Source: Podarcis erhardii
Taxonomy: Eukaryota
Length of the DNA stretch: 64,000 nt
Assembly: GCA_964252035.1 (NCBI GenBank)
Contig: OZ176210.1
Direction: 5' to 3' (one strand)
Of the stretch, positions 47,359-60,694 are shown in pieces. Under the pieces are notes generated by a model, which saw nothing but the letters and a program-made list of their open reading frames with translations, searched no databases and was not told the DNA's origin. Position 1 is the first letter of the stretch. Each line of letters opens with the position of its first letter. Both the position numbers and the translations under genes were made by a program.

Positions 47359-47449
47359 CATAGCTGTCAACGTTTCCCTTTTTTTAAAGGGAAATTCCCT
47401 TATTCCGAATAGGATTCCTTGCAAGAAAAGGGAAAAATTGACAGCTATG
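47359..47449 (+). mobile_element. 91-bp hAT-type MITE
   Basis: CATAGCTGTCAA...TTGACAGCTATG TIR; exact 8-bp TSD GACTCCTT. Confidence 0.92.
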
Positions 47450-47743
47450 GACTCCTTTCAACTATGTCTCTGGTTCTCGCTCCTATTGGTTCCTGAAAGA
47501 GAAACAAACCACCATGTCTGCAGGTCCTTTCACGGAGAAGTAGGGATGGAAGGATCTGTCCATTTATGTTCTCTCTGTTTCTAATTTTTCCACTCTTAAA
47601 TTCACTTCTTCACATTTCTGCAGCAATCTGCCATTTTTAACTCCTCTTGGAAATTCTTCAACATTTTAGTGTCAATTTCTCCTGACAAAGACACTTTTGT
47701 ATGCAGATTTGACTATTATACACATTTTTGCAAGCATTCCCAT

Positions 47744-47941
47744 GAGGGCACATAACTCAGTGGTAGGACATCTGCGTTGCATGCAGAAGGTCCCAGGTCC
47801 AATCCCTCACATATCCATGCAGGGCTAAAGAAAGACTCATTGCCTGAAGCTCTGGGGAGCTTCTTCCCAGGCAGTGTGGACAATACTGAGCCATACTGGC
47901 TCATTATCTGGCTCTGAACACAACAACTTTCTACGTTCCTA
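47744..47941 (+). mobile_element. tRNA-derived SINE (Squam3-like); another copy at about 22655-22990 carries a nested MITE
   Basis: A/B-box head (CTCAGTGGTAG..GCATGCAGAAGGTCCCAGG) and GTTCCTA tail. Confidence 0.7.
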
Positions 47942-49557
47942 AGATAAAACCTAGTTTTTGTCAACGTGAATAGTGTCTGCTGAATGGTTACCATGATTGG
48001 ATGGTCTTCATAGTTCTCTTGGTGCAGCCAGATGTTACATCAGACATGTGGCTACCACCAAATGTAGCAACTCCTCCTTCATTTTTCCATGTAATGCCTA
48101 GCAATACAAAATTTGTGACTTTCCTCATCATTCTTCCATTTCATTGACTGCTGCTGCTGCTCTGAGGGGGCTGAGAATTTCAGAGCACATAATAATGCAG
48201 GTTTTGTATTGCTAAGTGTTACCAGAAGTGTGCTGGTTTCAGTAGCTGCTACACATCTGTTGTACTGCACAGTGTTGACCTCACTGATGCCACTCCCATT
48301 AATTTCATTCTGGTCCTCTTCCTATGTTTCTTTTCGGCGTCTGTTCAGCTTGTGAGGCATGTGCTTGCGCTCGAGCCATAATCTCGCACCGTGTCTCTGG
48401 GGATTTGTACCCAAGACGTCCCAACATGCATTATTGTTGTGGGGCAATTTCCATTGGGTCTGATCCCCAAACACACCTGCAATTCCTCAAAAGAGGAAGC
48501 ATGTGGCTCAAACGAATGATGTAGTTTTTGATACTGATGTGGGAAAGAAGCACATTATTTAAATGGCTTGTGAGCAGTAGCTAAGAAACTGGGGAACAAA
48601 TCCGGAAGTCCTTGTTTTGAATCTCATCTGTTCCATGAACTGACTAGGCCACTCTCTCCTAATCTGCAGTATGGGGACAATAAGACTGACAGAGTTTCGG
48701 AAGGATTTCAACAAGATGATGCATGTAAATGATTTGAACACATGAAAGCACTAAACAAATGTTAAGTAGAAGTAGTAGCCAGTGGCAGAGTGCATGCTTA
48801 GCTGAATCTGTGACCTCTCCAGTTAGAGGGGTCCTTGGTAGCAGGATAGGAAAAGACCACTCAGTATAAAAGGACAGCAAAAGACCATTTCATGTGACCA
48901 CAACATGGTGGTTCTCATGCTACAACAGGAGACAATATAAAAATGTGTGCTAGAGCAGAGAACTGAGTAGGTGAAAAGAATGGAAGAGGAACTGACTATA
49001 TCCAAAGATCCTGTCCACTGCACACTGATTTTATGCTATTTTCTGAAGGAAAAATGCATATCTTATGGACCCTCTCTTGGAAGTAAGCCCTATGGAATAC
49101 AGTGGGACTTACTTCCGGGTAAACATGCATAGGAGTGTGCTGAACCATTGCTTGTGTAAGGAGGGCACAAAAAGACCTGCGATAAACCTGAAGAACCAAA
49201 CGTTTTTATTTTTAAACTGTGACTATGGTATACTATATACAGCTCACTCTGCCCACCAAACAGCAGCCGCTTCAGTCAGCATTCATGCAGAACCTCTCCC
49301 CTTCAACTTGTCTGTGTGACTTCCCAGAGGGAGATAATAAAAGGCTGGAATTTATTTGCGAGTTGAAGGTACTCTCCAATCTATGTGCCGACTTGCAAGT
49401 TAAACAATCATGTTGACAAGCGAAGGCCTCTGACACAGATTTGGGAAAAACAGCTAAGGGTCAGTGGCCAGTGATGATAACTGAGGCCACAGTCCTTGAG
49501 GGACATCCAAACTGTGGTACATACAGCGTTCTTTTCACTGTGATGAACTTCGTAGTG

Positions 49558-49560
<3 letters not shown>

Positions 49561-49603
<43 letters not shown>
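49561..49603. repeat. (GT)n microsatellite
   Basis: Seen directly. Confidence 0.97.
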
Positions 49604-49604
<1 letters not shown>

Positions 49605-49942
49605 TGCATGAGAAAAAATGAGTGAAGTTATATAAACCCTTACAATTCCCTGCAGCCAGTGAGTCCAAATTCCTCTTCCATCCAGGTCCCAGAGATAGCT
49701 GACAACCCAGGCCCCATCTGTTATCAAGCAACCTTGGCAGGTCCTCTGACGGCCCCTGCTTTATTTTATTTATCCTGACTATGTCCACCTCAGTCTGCTT
49801 ATCTTTCATGCCAGCTGATCCTGTTGTAATACTATCAAGGTACACAGCCCAACCTTTGCTGAGATTTCACTCCAAACACCATTTGCAAAATGTTTCCTGC
49901 TGCTCTAAAGTTGCCATCTTTTGTTATGTTCTGTGTTTTCAG

Positions 49943-49989
49943 TAGATGCATGGCAGGTAGACATGGGTGGGTGCAGTTTTCCCCATTAA
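49943..49989 (+). CDS. RANBP3L: Candidate RANBP3L terminal coding exon (VDAWQVDMGGCSFPH*)
   Basis: Strong acceptor ttttgttatgttctgtgttttcag; phase-1 frame gives a short tail of similar length to the human terminal exon. No convincing sequence match, and other acceptors (e.g. near 47623) are possible. Confidence 0.3.
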
Positions 49990-50159
49990 TGCATCTCAAT
50001 GCCAGAAGAAAAGGCTCACTTGGTGATTCTGACTCTATTCATTAGAGATTTTTTTAAAAAAACCCTCTGTAGATAAAAACTGGGGCAGTGGAGTCATCGA
50101 GTGTCACTTACATGGCTCTGATTTAATGTATGATGTTCTTTTTGCAGTTTGAAAAGGGG

Positions 50160-50160
50160 C

Positions 50161-50201
<41 letters not shown>

Positions 50202-50537
50202 TTAATATTTATACCCCGTCTATCTGGCTGGGTTTCTCCAGCCACTCTGGGCAGCCTCCAACAGAACACTAAAAACAGAATAAAACTTCAAACATTAAAA
50301 ACTGCCCTAAACAGGGCTGCCATCATATTTCTTCTAAAAGTCAGATAGTTTTTTATTTCCTTGACATTTGATGGGAGGGCATTCCACAGGGCAGGCACCA
50401 CTACTGAGAAGGCCCTCTGCCTGGTTCCCTGTAACCTCACTTCTCACAGTAAAGGAACCACCAGAAGGCCCTTGGTGCTGGACCTCAGTGTCCGGGCTAA
50501 ACGATGGGGGTGGAGATGCTCCTTCAGGTATACTGGA
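50160..50537 (-). mobile_element. L2 LINE 3' fragment
   Basis: (TAA)n tail and sequence matching the 25868 copy. Confidence 0.88.
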
Positions 50538-52586
50538 AGAAATGGGTGGGTACTGCTTGTGCTCCTCTTCATTTTTACTCTTCCAGGCTGTTTACCCAGC
50601 TACTACATGCCTGTAATGCCTTTGGAATACAACTCTGTCTTTTCCCAGACTTTATTCAGGGACATGCTATGGTAGCCAAAATGGATAAGTTGTTTGGGGA
50701 TTGTTGTCCAACCAGAGGGGCAGGTGTGTTAGGCAATTGCCTCAAAAATGGCAAGAGTGCTGAGACACCTGAAAAGCTAACCAGGTATCCTGGGAAATAA
50801 GCTTTTGTAGAATGAAGCCAAAATGCTAAATAGAAAGCAAGTGTGCAACAGTGGATACAATATTGTACTAGGATTGGGGCGACCCAGATTCAATTCCCCA
50901 CACAGCCACGAAATTTATTGGGTGGTGCTGGGCTAGTCAATGTTGCTCACACTAACCAACAACCTAAAATTAATTTGATATAAAATTGGGGGGGGGGGTA
51001 GCTGGGGGCAGAGAAACCCATACATGAGTATGGGGAAATGGGCATGTAAGAAACAAAATGAATATGTACACGATAAGCACAGTGAGCGTACACAACAGTA
51101 ATCACCCTACCTTTGCTATTCTTTCTTAACAACTGTAGTGGGAAAGCCAACCATTGTCTGGCTTGGGTCCTGAACAAATAGAATCAAATGTATCCATAAA
51201 TTCTAGTTTAGCAATTTCATGCAGGAACCCTTTGAAGTTCCTTTGCTAGATAATGTGACCTGCTGGCTAGCAGCAGAATATCCTGGGAGACTAAATATTC
51301 CCACCCTTACTTCTGATAAAAGTCATTTTTATTGTTGAGAATGACTTGTAGACGGAAGAATGGCATTGTTTGCAAGTGAAAGCATATATCACATTGAGGA
51401 GTAATCCAGTGAGTGAGTTCTGAGAATGCCTCTCATATTGATGTCTCATAATTGTACATCTGAGTGGAAACATTAGTGCAATAAGGGCTATTTTCTAAGT
51501 TTGTGGACCACCACATTTTCTTTTGGTTTATAGCTAAAAGAAGCACCACATGAGATGACAATTGAAATCCTTCCAAATTAAAACTCAGCTCCTTGGTTAC
51601 GATCTGCCGAAGCTATCTGTGTGTATATTTGGGATTGTTTTTGTTCGTGAACAAAAAGAGTCAGGGTTTTCTCTAAGTTTTCCACAGCAGCCCCTTGTGC
51701 TGCTGACAAGGCAAGCTGTTTCATTTTAAAATTAAACAGAAAAAACCTCTTCCTCTTCAGCATGTGGCAGGAAACTTCAAAGAAAGCTCTTACTCTTTCC
51801 CCCCCCCTTTATTAAAGTGCTTTGAGCACCACCTGAAAGTGCACAAACAACCACTACTAATCTAAAAGTTATACAAAGAGAGAGAGAGAGAGGTAAGAGA
51901 TGAATGAAGTCTTTGAAAAAACTGGCAGGCGAGAATGTTCAACATGCTTGGAGCGCTCAGAATTCCTCTTCGCTTTGTTCTCAAGAGTTCCTTTGTTCCA
52001 GTCTGGAAAATTTGCCTTTTACAAGCCCCAACAGTCTATACTCCTGCTCATTGCTCCATTTACAAAGATACACTATTATTGTCCTTGATTATATCCGGAT
52101 CTTGTTTTATGCTATATATCTGTAGGTTATACACAAGGGAGATCTGCAACAAAATGTGGCAGTGTGAAATCCTGGATACTCCTGGTTTTCCATTTTTCGC
52201 CCCCTCCTCCTGGCCAGTCTGCATTCCATATCCATTCAGCATGCTTAACCATTATTGGGTTGTTTGGCTCTTATACACTAGGGTTTTTCCTAAACATTTT
52301 GTACCATTTATAATTTTGGTTTCCCTTGAGCTCGCTGAAATATCCCTCTTGTGTGTGGATGGTCCTGTTTTGGCTACCTAAGGGCCAGCATACAGAGAAC
52401 TGAGTTCTGTTATTACAATAATAGAATTATAGAGCTGTAGCGCTGAAAGGGGCCACAAGGGTCATCTAGTCCAACCCCCTGCAATACAGGAATCTTTTAT
52501 GCCACGTGAATAATAATTATGTGTTTTGTTTGTATTACACTTATTTTTAATAAAGGACCAGAAAAAATAAAGTAAAAATGCAACTA

Positions 52587-52812
52587 CAGAGGTACCTCAG
52601 GTTACATACGCTTCAGGTTACAGACTCCGCTAACCCAGAAATAGTGCTTCAGGTTAAGAACTTTGCTTCAGGATGAGAACAGAAATCGGGCTCCGGCAGC
52701 ACGGCAGCAGCAGGAGGCCCCATTAGCTAAAGTGCTGCTTCAGGTTAAGAACAGTTTCAGGTTTAGTACAGACCTCCTGGACGAATTAAGTACTTAACCT
52801 GAGGTACCACTG
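52587..52812 (+). mobile_element. Tc1/mariner MITE family A
   Basis: Family A TIRs, TA TSD. Confidence 0.9.
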
Positions 52813-53354
52813 TATAACAGAAATCATAATAGACCACTGATACAATTGAAAACAAAGTTGTTCTGTGAGCATAGCAGCAGATGTGGCTGCAGCTGATAAC
52901 TCTTGAGATTTTAAAAAAATTATGGTACCTGGGGGGCTCTAATATTATTATTATTAATTATTATTAATAATAATTTATTTGTACCCTGCCCATCCGGCTG
53001 GGTTTCCCCAGACACTCTGGGCGGCTTCCAACAAAGATTAAAAATACATTAAAATGTCACACATTAAAATCTTCCCTAAACTTCCCTGTTGATGACATCC
53101 AGGGACTCAGGTCTATGGTGGAGCCAGGGAATAAAACCCTGTTGTTTCAGGCAGGACTGTGCCAGAGTTCTGCCATTTCTGGCACTGCCCCCTTTCTTTT
53201 CTGGCAACTAGCAAAATCCCAGCCATGCCTCTTTCTTCTGATTGGTTGGCAGCCTTATTTCTGATGCCAGTCAAACTAAAGTTGCAATCCTATGCACACA
53301 GTGCATAGTAAAAATGTATGGGATTGAGGATTGAGCCACTTTTAAATTAATGGT

Positions 53355-53577
53355 GGAAGTGAGCTGTTAATCTGGTGAACTGGGTTCGATTCCCCGCTCC
53401 TCCACATGCAGCTGCTGGGTGACCTTGGGCTAGTCACACTTCTCTGAAGTCTCTCAGCCCCACTCACCTCACAGAGTGTTTGTTGTGGGGGAGGAAGGGA
53501 AAGGAGAATGTTAGCCGCTTTGAGACTCCTTAGGGTAGTGATAAAGCGGAATATCAAATCCAAACTCCTTCTTCTTC
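53355..53577 (+). mobile_element. MIR/CORE-like SINE
   Basis: GCTGCTGGGTGACCTTGGGCTAGTCAC core and (TTC)n tail; near-identical to the 54788 copy. Confidence 0.8.
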
Positions 53578-54709
53578 TAGTGGAAACTTGGCTGCAAAGG
53601 TTGCAAAATAGAGAAAAGGATAAATAATAAATAGCTTTAGTAAATAGATAGCTTCAACTGGGCTGCACTGTGATATGCAGGAAAGTCCCATTAATCTGAA
53701 AATAGTCATGTATAACAGCTTCTGTATGCTGACCAATGAAAAGTTTATATTCCCCCCCCCCCATTGCTAGGTTCCCACAGGAAAAAATAACCAGAGCAGT
53801 GCACTTGTTTATGAAACACTCTTCCTGAAAAGCATAATCAGTAACCCCACACTTCATGTAAGGCTGATGGCATTAAAGAAAAAGAAAATTCCCTGCAGAT
53901 AAATGACTACTTACACTTCATTTTTCTTTATGTCCTGATTTCAACCAATATCGTGAAGTTATGGTCAGAGCAGATCCACTGAAAGCAGTGGACTCAAGTT
54001 AGCATTTTATTTCAGTGACGTGGCTGGAAACTTTCCCTTCCACGAAACGTTGGCATCAGTTGAAACATCTTATTATATATAGATGTACTCTATGCAATTC
54101 TATTTGCTTTCTTTCAATAAATCGATCCCTTAGGCTGTGCTAAAAAGGATTAATCAGCTCATCCTTCAAAATTAGCTTTCCTTCACCTGAACATAAAAAG
54201 AACCCTGATGAATCAAAACATGTCCCATCTAGCTAAGCATCCTGTTATCACAGTGGCCAACCAGAGGCTCATGGGAAATCCACAAGCCAACCCTGAGTGC
54301 AATAGCGCTCTTTTCACTTGTGATTCCCAGGAGGTGGTATTTTTCAGGAGTATATTGCTTACAACACTGCAGCTGGTACACAGCCACCTTTGGCTAGTCA
54401 CCAATAATAGCCTGATCCTTCATTGATTTATCTAACCTCATTTTTAAAGCCATCCAAATTTGTAAAGATCACTACACCTTGAGGAATGAATCTCGTAGCT
54501 GTTTATTTGCATGTTTATTTCACTGTCAGAAATGTATGTCACAGGTTATGAATAAGTTCTCTTCATAGTTTTGGGAATGACGCCATTTGTCCATTTTTTA
54601 AAAATATAAATAAGAAAACCATCAATCTTCAATTGCTTTTTTACATTTCAGTCATGCCCACTTTAAGATGTGGTTCCTGAAGGGTTGACTATGAGTCAGT
54701 GTGACTCGA

Positions 54710-54714
54710 TAGAT

Positions 54715-54762
<48 letters not shown>
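54710..54762. repeat. (GATA)n microsatellite
   Basis: Seen directly. Confidence 0.97.
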
Positions 54763-54764
<2 letters not shown>

Positions 54765-54787
54765 TCACCATGTTCTGCACAAATTAA

Positions 54788-55040
54788 GAGCCTGTGTGGT
54801 GTACTGGTTAAGAGCAGTAGACTCATAATCTGGTGAACCGGGTTCGTGTCTCTGCTCCTCCACATGCAGCTGCTGGGTGACCTTGGGCTACTCACACTTC
54901 TCTGAAGTCTCTCAGCCCCACTCACCTCACAGAGTGTTTGTTGTGGGGGAGGAAGGGAAAGGAGATTGTTAGCCACTTTGAGACTCCTTCGGGTAGTGAT
55001 AAAGCGAGATATCAAATCCAAACTCCTCTTCTTCTTTTCT
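54788..55040 (+). mobile_element. MIR/CORE-like SINE
   Basis: tRNA-like head, CORE segment and (TTC)n tail. Confidence 0.8.
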
Positions 55041-56020
55041 CTCAACAGCTGAGGTCAGGAAGAACCTCTTCTCATAGGAAAAATATGATTGTGCACATTC
55101 CAAGCCACATTCCAAACCACTGTGGGGATGGTTTGGTTTAAAGAAACAATCTTTTGGTACTTGTGGTTATTTTGAGATTACCCCAAATGTACTTGTCCTT
55201 CTCTCTCGTGAATCAGTGGTGCTGTTTGGGCTGCGTAAGCACAAGCTCTGGAAGTCTCCAAGTGATATTAGCACATATATATGATGTGGTACCAATCGCT
55301 TACCATGGAAGTAACCAATCGCTTTCCATTCTTCTCCAGATCATTCTCAGTGGATTCGCCGACAGCCTGTGGTCTGTTCGTGACAACTTGCTACCTCCAA
55401 TCAAAGTAAAAAAAACAACCCAGAAACTTCTTCTTTTTAAAAAAATACCCTAGAAGCTCTTACAACATCAGCGTGTGAGGAAATTCTGCACTTTTTGTAT
55501 GACTAAGTGGCAAAAGCTTTTCAGGGTTGACTTCGCACACAGAGGATACATGAAACAAGCACTTTATGGGTTCCAGTCGTCCTTCCTTTTACTTAAACAG
55601 GAATTAGAGAATGGCCCCAGCTCTTTAAGAATTTTTTAAATAAAAAGACTTCAGTTTCTTGAACAAATGATCTTTAAGGACAATTTAAAAGAAAGAGAGA
55701 ATCCTAATTGAAGTTCCTTCATCATATTGATGGAATCCATCATTTATCCATGAATTACTGACTGCGTTAATTCCACATAGATTTATCTACACAATGACTG
55801 TCCACAAAAATCTATATATAATAAATATAGCTATATAATATTATATACAGCTATATAATAAATATTTTTCTTAGCAGTCACAGCATAGCATTCAGCAGCT
55901 GATATTTGTGTGGAGTTTTCAGCATGGTAAGCTGTTTTAGGGAACTTTCCAGATCCAGAAAAATAGAATATGAATGTAGAAATAGTTCGTTGCAATTGGT
56001 TGTGCTATATGCACAAATCT

Positions 56021-56021
<1 letters not shown>

Positions 56022-56068
<47 letters not shown>

Positions 56069-56092
56069 GGGCGCGGGGTGTGTGTGTGTGTG
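56022..56092. repeat. Interrupted (GT)n microsatellite
   Basis: Seen directly. Confidence 0.95.
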
Positions 56093-56608
56093 CATTCAGC
56101 AACCTAGTAATGTATGCACAACAACAGACGTAGGGATCCCCCATGTAACCAAAACTTTTGCTCTGGGAACTTTTTTGTTTTTTAAACTAGGGAGGATAGC
56201 AGTCTATTCTGGAATGGGCCAAAAATCCCTAAAATAATTTTGTATAAATGAAAAACAACTAATCTGAGCACTGGATTATGCTAAAAGCTTGCAAATTAGC
56301 CAGCAACAATTAAGCAACAATTGCACTTAATTGCCATTTTGTTTCCTTAGATATGTAACCATATAAGAAGGTATACATAGCTTGCATGCCATGGATTAAA
56401 AATGTAAGAAGAGCTGTACAGAATCAGGCCAAAGACCTCTCTAGCCAGCCTATCTATCTTGCTTCCCACAACAGCCAATCAGATGCCTATGGAAAGCCCA
56501 TAAGTAGTATATAAGCACAATAAACTCCTGTTGTTATTCTCTGGCAAGTAGTGTTCACCATGGTTCAGTCATAAGGCTAAACTGGTGGTTTATTAAGATG
56601 TGGCGCTG

Positions 56609-56714
56609 GGGACGCAGGTGGCGCTCCCTCGGCCAATAAAGCGAGATGAGCGCCGCAACCCCAGAGTCGGCCACGACTGGACCTAATGGTCAGGGGTCCC
56701 TTTACCTTTACCTT
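56609..56714 (+). mobile_element. Sauria SINE with a large internal deletion
   Basis: 5' GGGACGCAGGTGGCGCT joined directly to the 3' CCCTCGGCCAATAAAGCGAG...ACCTTTACCTT. Confidence 0.85.
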
Positions 56715-57988
56715 AGTGTTATGTGGGAACCATGTCTTACACCTGAATCTATGGCTTGTTGTTGGCTTGTGAACCTTGGTTTAATAGTGGCTTATGTTAC
56801 ATGGGAACAGCACCCTTCCTTAACCATGGTTTGTTTAACCGTCTCAGGTGCTCACCAAACTATAAAGGCAGGAGACAACAGCAGCTGGAAATGACAAGCT
56901 TCTGTGGTTGACGCATGGTAAACTCGTGGTTTGTTAAAACAAACTATGGCTTAGTATTATATACCAACCATGCCAATCATTTGCTTCTTTCGATCTTGGC
57001 GAGAGCATATAGCAATCATGACCAGTGGCCATTTTATAGCCTTATCCAACCTCTTTGTAAATCCATTTAAACTGGTGGCCACCACCACATCTTGGAGTAG
57101 TCAGTTCCATAGTTTAACTATGTGCTTTATGAAGAATTACTTCCTCTCCTCTGTCCTGAATCTCCCACCATTCAGCTTCATTGGATGATTCTGAGTTTTC
57201 ATATTATTAGAGGGAGAAAATATTTTGTCTGTTTTTTCCATGCCATGCATAACCTTACACACTTTATACCTCATGCCTCACACCCTGGATTTGCCTTTTT
57301 CTCATCCAAAAAGCCCCCGACATTGTAACCTTTTCTCACAGAGCAGAGGCCAGATTTTGCATAAATACCGTTTTCTGAAAATCATACCTCAAGCTTTCAA
57401 AACCAGCAAGAAACAAGACAAATGTTTGCCAACGCACCTATTTGCCATCATTAAATATGTAGACAGTTAACTATTTTTCCAATGAAAAGGAACACATCAA
57501 AAATGCTTCTGAAATCCTGCTGAAAACTTTGCCTGGTGTGAGGGATATCCTGCTGCCAAAGGTAAAAGCTTCATTATTAACTACATGAACACTTAAAAGC
57601 TAGTTTTTGTTTGCAAAGGCTGTATCTGTCAGCCTAGCACATGAAACAGTCCAAAGAGTATTTCCAAAGCTCGTATTGGTATCCATCATTCCACAAGTTG
57701 CTGTGTGTTTTTGGAAGAAATATGTTCAGGGCTGTGCTCTCTGTGTGTTTCTAAATGAGCCATGGTTTCTTGGGTATTTCCGGTTTGTGGACACCTTTCA
57801 TATATAAAGTGTTTCATGCAGTGCAACCCTTCTCCTCTTGACTTGGAAGCAGATCCCACTGTGTTCGTTAAATGTGTTCAGGATTGCAACCCCAATATCA
57901 TCCATGCTGTGTGAGGAATTGAGGCTGCTATTAACAGGAATGTAAGATGCGTGCAAGCTGGTTATGGGTGCCACAGTCATGCTTCCCA

Positions 57989-58148
57989 GCCACTGGGATA
58001 GCTCAGTTGGTAGAGCATGAGACTCTTAATCTCAGGGTTGTGGGTTTGACCCCCACATTGGGCAAAAGATTCCTGCATCACAGGGCATTAGACTAGAAGA
58101 CCCATGTGTTGCCTTCAAACTCTATAATTCTATGATTCTGTAATTCTA
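57989..58148 (+). mobile_element. tRNA-Lys-derived SINE with a CR1-type tail
   Basis: GGATAGCTCAGTTGGTAGAGCATGAGACTCTTAATCTCAGGG head followed by a SINE body and ATTCTATG repeats. Confidence 0.82.
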
Positions 58149-60694
58149 CCCACTGATATACATAGATCTTTCCCCAAATAGGAACAGGGGAAGCCTCCTT
58201 AGAAATAGCCTGTGGCACTGGAATTAGTACACAGCCATGATTCACAACTAGTTGTCGTCAACAACCCTATCTTCCATGAAATTTTATAAATCTTTTATAA
58301 AGCCATCCAAGTCACTTAAGAACATAGAACAGCCTCTTGGCAGTGGTCCATCTACTCCTGCATCCTTTTCTCACAGTGGCCAACCAGATGCCTATGAGAA
58401 ACCCACAAACAGGACCCGAGCAGAAGAGCACTGTCCCCACCTGCATTCTCCAGCAAAATCACTACATCTTGTGGCAGTAAGTTCCATAGTTCAACTATAT
58501 GCAATCCTATTAAAAATAAGAAAGACTGCACTGTTTGCTTCATGCTTTAGTCATCCTTAATCCATCTTCCCTGCAAGCCTCTCGTCTTGGATAATTTGCT
58601 CTAGGCATCCTCTGTAAAAAGGACAAGTGGCTCATGCAACTGTTAGGGGGAAATCAGAAGAGCCTGATGTTAGGTGCACAGGAGCAAAGCCCTTGAAGCA
58701 TCTATGGGTCTTGAGTCCTATACAGCCTTATCAGGTGCTAACACAACCCATACATCTAACAGTGAGTGATTTACTCAAGAATAACTAGCAAATTCATAAC
58801 CCAGCTCTGCCACAATCAGCTCGCTCTGCAATATTATATAGACACAATCAGTTACATTTTGTTGATCTCTTCTCGATAACTTATAGGTAATCTACCTCTA
58901 ACAAATTAACGATTTAGAAAGGGGTGGGTGGTTTGTCAGAGCAATACTTTTTTCATCAAACATTACTTTTTCAAATCACGCTTTCTGTAGGATAGTTAAT
59001 AGAATAGCCTCCTGCCAGCAACCACAATGGCAATCAAGATACACGTGTTTTCAAACAAACTTTTTATTTGTGCTTAGTCAAATAATATTTGCTTAATAAA
59101 TATTTGGCCAAAAATAATGTTGGCAAGACTTAAGTGCTGTTAAGTTTCCACAAGGACTCTACTCTTATCATCCCCAAACTGACAAGGAGAGCACAACTAT
59201 CAAATTGTAAAGGCGGTCCACAGTTTTAAAATGTGTATATGGACGATCAAACATAGCAAAAGCAAAGCCCAACTAGATCATACCATTATGTCCCTTCTGT
59301 CGAAGCTGCCACCCATAACAAGCAGATTAATTCCAGAACAGTTTTTGAACAGTTCCTATCAAAACGCAAAGCCATAAACCATGTTTGCAAAGCAAAACGG
59401 TCTGCTTATTTCGTAACCAGTCATATTGAGGATATGGTCCATCAAATCTGTCTCTCAGCTGCGTCTCCACTGCCCTCTCAGCCTAATTCAGAATTTGTTA
59501 AGTTACCAGAGTCCAGGAATAGGACTCTAACAAATTTCTAGTCCCTAAATAAAATATTTAAATAATAAACACAAAGTTGGTCTTACAGATTTTAATTGCA
59601 CTTACTTCCAGAAATTGGCTGAACTCGTGTAATTCAGTTTGGGCAGACTGTAACTTGGATTGGATAATGAGTGCACTTCTGAAACTGCAGTTCAGCAGAT
59701 TTCTTTACAAGGTGGATTAAGAAGATGGATATGGCCTTGTACCCATGCAGAACTGGGATAGACTGGACTTTAATGGGTCTGTGTATCCTTAGTTCCAAAT
59801 ACATGTTATTTTCTCACTGAAGCCAACTAATAAATCAGTGTAGGTTAACACTGAATAATCTACTTGTACTGGTTGCAGAGGAATGCAAATATTTTACTAC
59901 TTGCCCCCACACTTTAACTATATGGGAAAAGTTAAAATACTATGCTGAAAGGTCCCTACATGAATGGGATCAGCTTTTATTCTTGACCATCTTATACTTT
60001 TTTTAAAAAGTGCTGCTTTAGTACTATTGCATTGTTATGAAGGTCTTTAAAAGGGTAACATATACTATTATTCATATACAAGAAGTTAGGAAAGTATTCC
60101 ATATGCTGTGTTTTAGATATTATTATATAATAAACAGAACAATAAAAAATAACAGTGACAAAATTAAGCCTTGGCTTTTATTTTCAATAAAATATAGCAT
60201 GTCTATTTTCTGAAATACATCATTTTAAACACTGTACTGTATGTGGTTCCCCCTGAACTTCCTAAATTGTCAAAGTGACCTGTGAGGGTACTTAGTTTTT
60301 TACCACCTGAGGCTGAGAAGTTTCCCAACCCTGGTGTAGATAATACTGAACTAGGTGGACCAGATGTCCAAGTCACTATTTTAGCCACTATTCCTAAAAA
60401 ACGTCCTTCCCCAATAGACCCTCCTTAGTGAGGTTCACCTAACTCTACTACTGTATTCAACCATCAACTTTCAACCATCAGCTGGTGGCTGAAGAATACT
60501 TTTCCTGGCAACCCCAATAGCATTGGATGGAATAAAGTTTTCATCTGTAACTGCTTTTAGATGTCTTTAATTGTTATTGGGTTTTTAAAGAGTGCTTTAA
60601 CTGTTTTAGAATGTTTTTGTTTTAAAATTGTGTATCTGTTTGCTGCCCTGGGCTCCTTGCAGAAGATGGGATATAAACCCAATGTATAACAATA

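Noticed and set aside
57989-58060. tRNA-Lys-like sequence as a real tRNA gene
   Set aside because: Degenerate acceptor and T stems, and it continues into a SINE body with a CR1-type tail.
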